A DNA stretch of 63,637 nucleotides, counting the filler. It is 16 parts of 16 records of this genome, joined end to end, with 100 filler letters (N's around TTAATTAATTAA, not from the genome) between each part and the next. Parts side by side here need not be neighbours in the genome. Positions count along the whole stretch, not along the records: positions 57,097 to 61,132 come from SRR9670534_474; positions 61,233 to 63,637 come from SRR9670534_480; 14 more parts are not named here. One strand, 5' to 3'. The notes under the pieces are model-generated. The model was not told the DNA's origin. It searched no databases and worked only from the letters and a program-made list of their open reading frames with translations. Positions 58,190 to 63,637 of the stretch are shown piece after piece. The position numbers were made by a program, and so were the translations under genes. How positions within the stretch are numbered: position 1 is the first letter of the stretch; the number at the start of each line of letters is the position of its first letter.

Positions 58190-61100
58190 TTTCAACTAAG
58201 GAAGAATACGTTATTAGTAATGAAAACGCTAAGATTTACTAAATGCTAGGTAGCCAAATTCACGATAAAGAACATTTTATTTCTCAAATAAACATAGTAG
58301 GATAACAATGAAACATTATTGTATCATTATCAATCTGCTTATTAATAATAATAACATTACGATAAAACTTAAAATATGTTCCAAATCGCGAACAATAATT
58401 AACGCAAAACCAACAAATCCTTTTAATAAAATTTTGACCAGCATCTTCAAAAAAAGAAACAAATTGTGGATAATATCCAGTGGATACAAATGGTTTTGCA
58501 TTAAAAATTGATTTTAGTATAAAAAGCAACAAACTATTACAACTAACTCTAAAGACCTATTGTATAAGTAAGAAAAACACAAGGTTTGTAAAACACAATA
58601 TCAATAATAAAGAGAAAGGACCTTAGAGTAGATAAACCGGTAATTAATCATTTTGATATCATTACTAATTAGTCCAATATCTGACGATGCTAATGCCGGT
58701 AGATTTATGCTTTTAGTTATTATTAATAATAAATGAGTCGTGAGCATACGAAAGCGCTCAACTTCCCATCTAAATTATAATGTGAACGAATGCTTTTCAA
58801 CAATGACTATTTGAAAAGAAAAACGTGCTTTTGTCCATGTACCATATTGTAGTAATTCGTCCTTACAATTATTAAAACAGACGAATGAAAGAAAAAAAAT
58901 GAAAAATCCACAGTTAGAATACTGGAAGTAATAACTAGTTATTAACACAAATCGTGTTGCACGATATAATCAAACGAATAAGTATGCTTCTTAGAACGAA
59001 ATGCGAAAATAATAACAGACACAAAGTTAACTTTGATAACGATATGCTTTTTGTTATGAAGAATCATAAAAATAGAAATATATTGATAAATCATATCAAT
59101 GTGTGTTCTATAATAGAACTTCTATTCATATCTATTCCTTATGTCATGATGGATGACTACATAACAAAAACTAAAATAAACAACCACAGTTGAACCTAAG
59201 GAGCTATCTGTGCGCAAAAGTTAAAAAGAAACTTTGTGAATTAGTACCAAAAAAAGTGATACACAATTTTATAATAAGAAATTACTATTAAGTACCAAAT
59301 AATAGTTTGTTTAAACATTTGATCATCATTCAGTACTTATTATAGATACCACATGTAATTCAGATAATTGGGTTGATTCTGTGTTTTCGCGGGTGTTGCA
59401 ATGTGAGACTACGTACCGGATTCAAAAACTGCACATAACGTGCCCAGAATCCTGTAAAATACAATAATAATATAATAGTAACAAAAGATCCGAAAGATAA
59501 TTACAGCTGTAAATGTTGTACTATAGCATAATTACACTGAATATTATGAATACGTACAATTAATTTTGAAGTGACGACGTGAGAAGCACCGTAAAATGGT
59601 TTGCGAACATCCACCATGAAGCGCTACAAAGAACAAAAAGATGTACGTGTAATGATTGAAAATGCACTATTAAATCATATGTAAACGAGGAATTGAGCGC
59701 TATTAGGGAGTGGTTGGAGACAAAATAAGAGTGTTACAGAACTTCCACAGCAGAAGTGTAAGATGAATTTAATATCTACATGCTAGAAAGAAATTTTGGC
59801 ACTCGTCCTAACATGTATGACATTTGCAAGCAAGCTTTAACAACACTAAAGCACGTAGTTATTTGTGTTAATAATACAAAATATAAGGTAGAAAAGTGCT
59901 GCATAAAAAATTGGGAAACCTTTCATCACTTCAGATTAAAAGAATTCTCAAAGATTTTACGCAGTACAATGTACAATGTGATATAATAATACACTATCCA
60001 GATATTATAACGTTCATTAGTTTTAGAAAATCAACCCGTTTGTTTGTAAGCAAATATGTAATTAGATACTATTACCATAGTAACAAATTCACCTACTGAC
60101 GTGCTTGAGTAGTTTTTCTGTAAGATGTATATTACAACTGTACACACCGATAGCAGTCTGCTATTAGCAGAATAGAATTTTGTACAGAGTCCGTACTACA
60201 GGCACGTCATTAGGTACAATTATCATACTATTATTGTAAATCAGTGAAAGGTAAAAAACTAAACTATGCTGATTATGTAATGTATTGTTATTAAATTTCA
60301 ACCATAAAACCAAAAACTTGGCATCAACAGTGCACAAAGTTAAATTTCAAAATACTGTATTAACAAATTTCTTCAACGAGTAAGTTCTAAAATGTAACAC
60401 ACTTTTCGGAACAAGCATAGTACACTGTTGATGTGGCAGATGGAATATTGAGTCTTTAAGGCAGTTGAGAAAAAGAACAACGCAAAAGAATGAACTTCAA
60501 AACAACAAACAAAAACGAGCGTTCAATATTATTTAAAAGTTTAATCTAGGTACGTGACGTACCGTACGTCAAACAACCTTGACGAGGATAATTGCAACAA
60601 TAACACGACATCTACATCTATAATGTTGTTAAATCTCGTAGAAGTTCATTCTATTGCTGACAGCAATTTGCTGTTAAAACTATTATTAACAGCCACCAAA
60701 TTTTAGAAATAAAAAATTGATCGTTTTGGATAGACAAGAGAAATGTTGTCAAAATTGTAAACAGCAGCAAAAAAATAGTAGCTTGTTTGCAGATTTTTTC
60801 CCTTCTAATGGCAACAACATGTTTGACCATTCACGAATCATGATGACTTTATCAATATATCGATGATGATGATGAAACAAACCTAAGTTTGTAAAAGGAT
60901 GAATAAGTATGATGACGAAGATGATAATGATGAAGTGTGAAAAAAGAAAAACCCTTCTAACCTGGGCGATGTTAATTGTATCAAAGACAAATGAATATAA
61001 TACACCATTGACACTATCATTCGTAATAAAAAGCAAAATAAAATAGAAGAATCTAGTACCATAAGTTATGGTCCATAACCAAAGAATACACACGTTATTG

Positions 61101-61219
61101 AATTATAAAAGTTATGTACATTGTACAATCATNNNNNNNNNNNNNNNNNNNNNNNNNNNNNNNNNNNNNNNNNNNNTTAATTAATTAANNNNNNNNNNNN
61201 NNNNNNNNNNNNNNNNNNN

Positions 61220-62155
61220 NNNNNNNNNNNNNATCTTAGAATGGACAGAACATGAGAATTTCTATGAGTGTAATAAGCATATTCCGGAAAAGGAACGTAC
61301 CAGAACGCAAAAGCGTGCTGCTGTCGAGCGATATTTGCACTATTACAATAGATGGCGTAATCATGCTCAAAGTTTTGAACTTGAAGAAATTCAAAGGCAA
61401 AATATTAAAAACATGATAGAATCTAGAGTTTCTGTCGGTTTGGGCACTCCTATTGATTACAATTATTTGTATGAAGCTGCGGAACTTTTAACAGAGGTTA
61501 TGATTCATAACTTATGAATTGTAAATATTTGTATACATTAATTAATTATTACATTTTATTAATACGTTTTTTACGAAAAATTTTATTAAAAATTAATTAA
61601 TAACCATAATAGTAATTACTATAAATGATGATTATTCATAGCCATGATTATGCCTAATTAGTAATTACTATAAGCCTCATAGTATAGGAATGATTATTCA
61701 TAACGGTTATACTTTTAGGCTAGGCAAATGTTAAAATTTTCATATCCAGCTGCTTTTTATATTGAAAATCCTATGGACAGAAATTTTGTATGTCTTCAAA
61801 TTATAATCATTAATAGAATAATTCTGATAATTGGTATTAGTTCTTTTATTAGGAAAGATCATTTTATCCACAATTAGTGATTATTATTAATAATAACCTT
61901 TTTAGTTTGAATTCAGGCAAGGCCTGCTTGAACGTGAAGTGGAGGCACTTGCTCATATGGTAGAAAATGTTGATACAGTTAAAGATCCAATCGTGGTAAA
62001 TGTGAAAGATTAATAATCTTGTGAATGTTTTAGAAATTTTCTAGGAAAACATGTGTAATTACAAATTTAAATTTTAGACCATCAAAGGGAAAATGGCTGT
62101 GGTGAAACAGTACGGAGATTCCTTCTTAAAGTTAGACGATCAGTCTTCAAAATGA
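61220..62155 (+). CDS. Ariadne RBR E3 ligase (ARIH2-like), 3' exons
   Basis: W..H..FYECN, RYLHYYNRW.NH.QS, GT.ID..YL..AA.LL..AR..L..SYP.AFY, FEF.QG.LE.EVE.L. Confidence 0.85.
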
Positions 62156-63637
62156 TAATGCTGCCACCTTTATTATTACTTATAACTTTTTATTATTTAT
62201 ATCTTTTACTAAAAAAATTCTTTTTATTAAACCTTATTATCGGTGTTGAAAATTGGTAATTTAGTCTTTTTAGATAAATAGTCTTTTTGCTTAGCTTTTT
62301 TTATTATACCTTGTTATTGAAAAACTATAAAGTAAACATTGAATTATTCGGAATACTTTGCTAACTGTTTCCCTTTGAATAGCAAAACTTTCTTGAAGGT
62401 GTTTTATTAATAAAGTTGGATTGAAGTTACTAACTTTCTTTACTTATTATGGCATATGCATGCAAATTTGTATGCAATATAAGTAATGCTCAAAATGTTA
62501 TAGTTTAAAATTTTAATAATACTAAACTATATTATTAACTTAGTAAATTTTATTATTTTATAATATTAAAATACATATTGTACATATTATCCTATGATAA
62601 CAATAACAAGTATCTACATTCCATTTTGTAAAAGTTACTATGTTCTAGAATTGTAGAAGTTATTATTAATATGTTCTAGAATTGTTACAATTTGTAAGTA
62701 TAATTTCTAAAAGTTACCATTTTGAATAAAAATTTCTTATTTCTAACTTATTATTATACTTAATATCAAATAAGCTCTGAGCTTATGAGTCATAGTACAT
62801 AAATTTTTTAATGTACTACATATATTTAATTAGATTAAGCTTATTAATGGTTGAGTTTTAGTATAACCTTTAAAGATTGCAATTGTAATAAAATTGTATA
62901 TTTTAATAATTAAACTTATTTAATATGATTAAGTCTAATTATTATCATAGTAATTTAACTGTTCTTATAACAATTATAATTTTAAATCTATCAATTTTTT
63001 ATATTTGTAGTCTATGCTAAAGATCATATATATTCATGTATTTACTAATAATAATAAAAAATGTAACACTACAAATATAACAATATATTATACTTAAGTA
63101 TAATATAATTATTTAATAAGAAATATTATAGTATCTATTAATAATGTTAAAAAATCTGACATTTTTATTAATTAGACTATTATAAATTATAATAGAATTT
63201 CTAAATTAGTAGTAAAAAATTATTATAAACTGATGATAGACTGTCTATAGACTGATGATATTTTTAACTTAGAACTTCTAGATTTTATTACATAGTTCTT
63301 TATTTTATTTGTATAATTTAAGCTTTGCTACATTATTAATATTCAATAACAAACTATAACATAGCTTTTAGGCACCCATAACTTATTTGCCTATTTATTG
63401 TATTATTTTCTATAGCTATATCTATCATTCTTACTTATACTACCATCTATTATTAATAACAACTATAGACTATTAATAACAACTTTTGAGTACTTTTGTG
63501 TAATAAACAAGATGTTTTATCTACTTACTAGAATACTTGGTATGTAGATTAATAAGATCAGTTATGTTATTGTCATGTCTTCCAATACATATTTGCTAAT
63601 AAGGTAAAATACTATATAAGAGGCAAAGTAAAGTAAG

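Noticed and set aside
58675-58770. Hammerhead-like words (CTGACGA...; ATGAGTCGTGAGCATACGAAAGCGCTC)
   Set aside because: CUGANGA and GAAA do not close a stem II, the second motif lacks CUG, and there is no stem I complementarity.
3770-61212. Regularly recurring TTAATTAATTAA flanked by Ns, resembling a repeat array or CRISPR
   Set aside because: Identical 100-bp artificial linker with six-frame stops; adjacency across these linkers is not biological.
4228-62155. Minor-spliceosome (U12) or non-canonical introns, or an alternative genetic code
   Set aside because: The introns I traced are GT-AG without RTATCCTT donors, and conserved proteins translate properly with the standard code.

Overview
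This is AT-rich animal (invertebrate metazoan) genomic DNA, not a prokaryotic locus. It consists of 16 contigs joined by 15 identical artificial 100-bp spacers (N-run, TTAATTAATTAA, N-run), so gene neighbourhoods mean nothing across a spacer. Genes are compact, with many 50-70 nt GT-AG introns. Recognisable genes are DYNC2LI1, two tandem N-myristoylation-motif globins, the 3' part of TRPM2, a standalone condensation/acyltransferase protein, the POLQ polymerase domain, a divergent eIF5A, an intronless atypical kinase, dystrobrevin, HADHB, a SAM methyltransferase abutting JMJD4, a peptide-GPCR last exon, RGP1, ADPGK, VPS52, a guanylyl cyclase 3' end, an ABCC transporter 3' half, NAA10 and an ARIH2-like 3' end. 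The most notable observations are: (1) an apparently unassigned Wamide neuropeptide precursor squeezed between ABCC and the cyclase; (2) a minimal hammerhead ribozyme just upstream of a Penelope-like ORF; (3) an invertebrate TRPM2 whose Nudix box has lost its catalytic glutamates; (4) a methyltransferase-JMJD4 pair 36 nt apart with an orphan splice acceptor, plus similar acceptors before many ATGs, suggesting operons and SL trans-splicing; (5) His versus Gln distal-residue divergence in the globin pair; (6) a frame-preserving 48-nt intron in POLQ insert 3. All calls come from manual motif recognition and hand-splicing; no database searches were run and exon ends may be off by a few nt.
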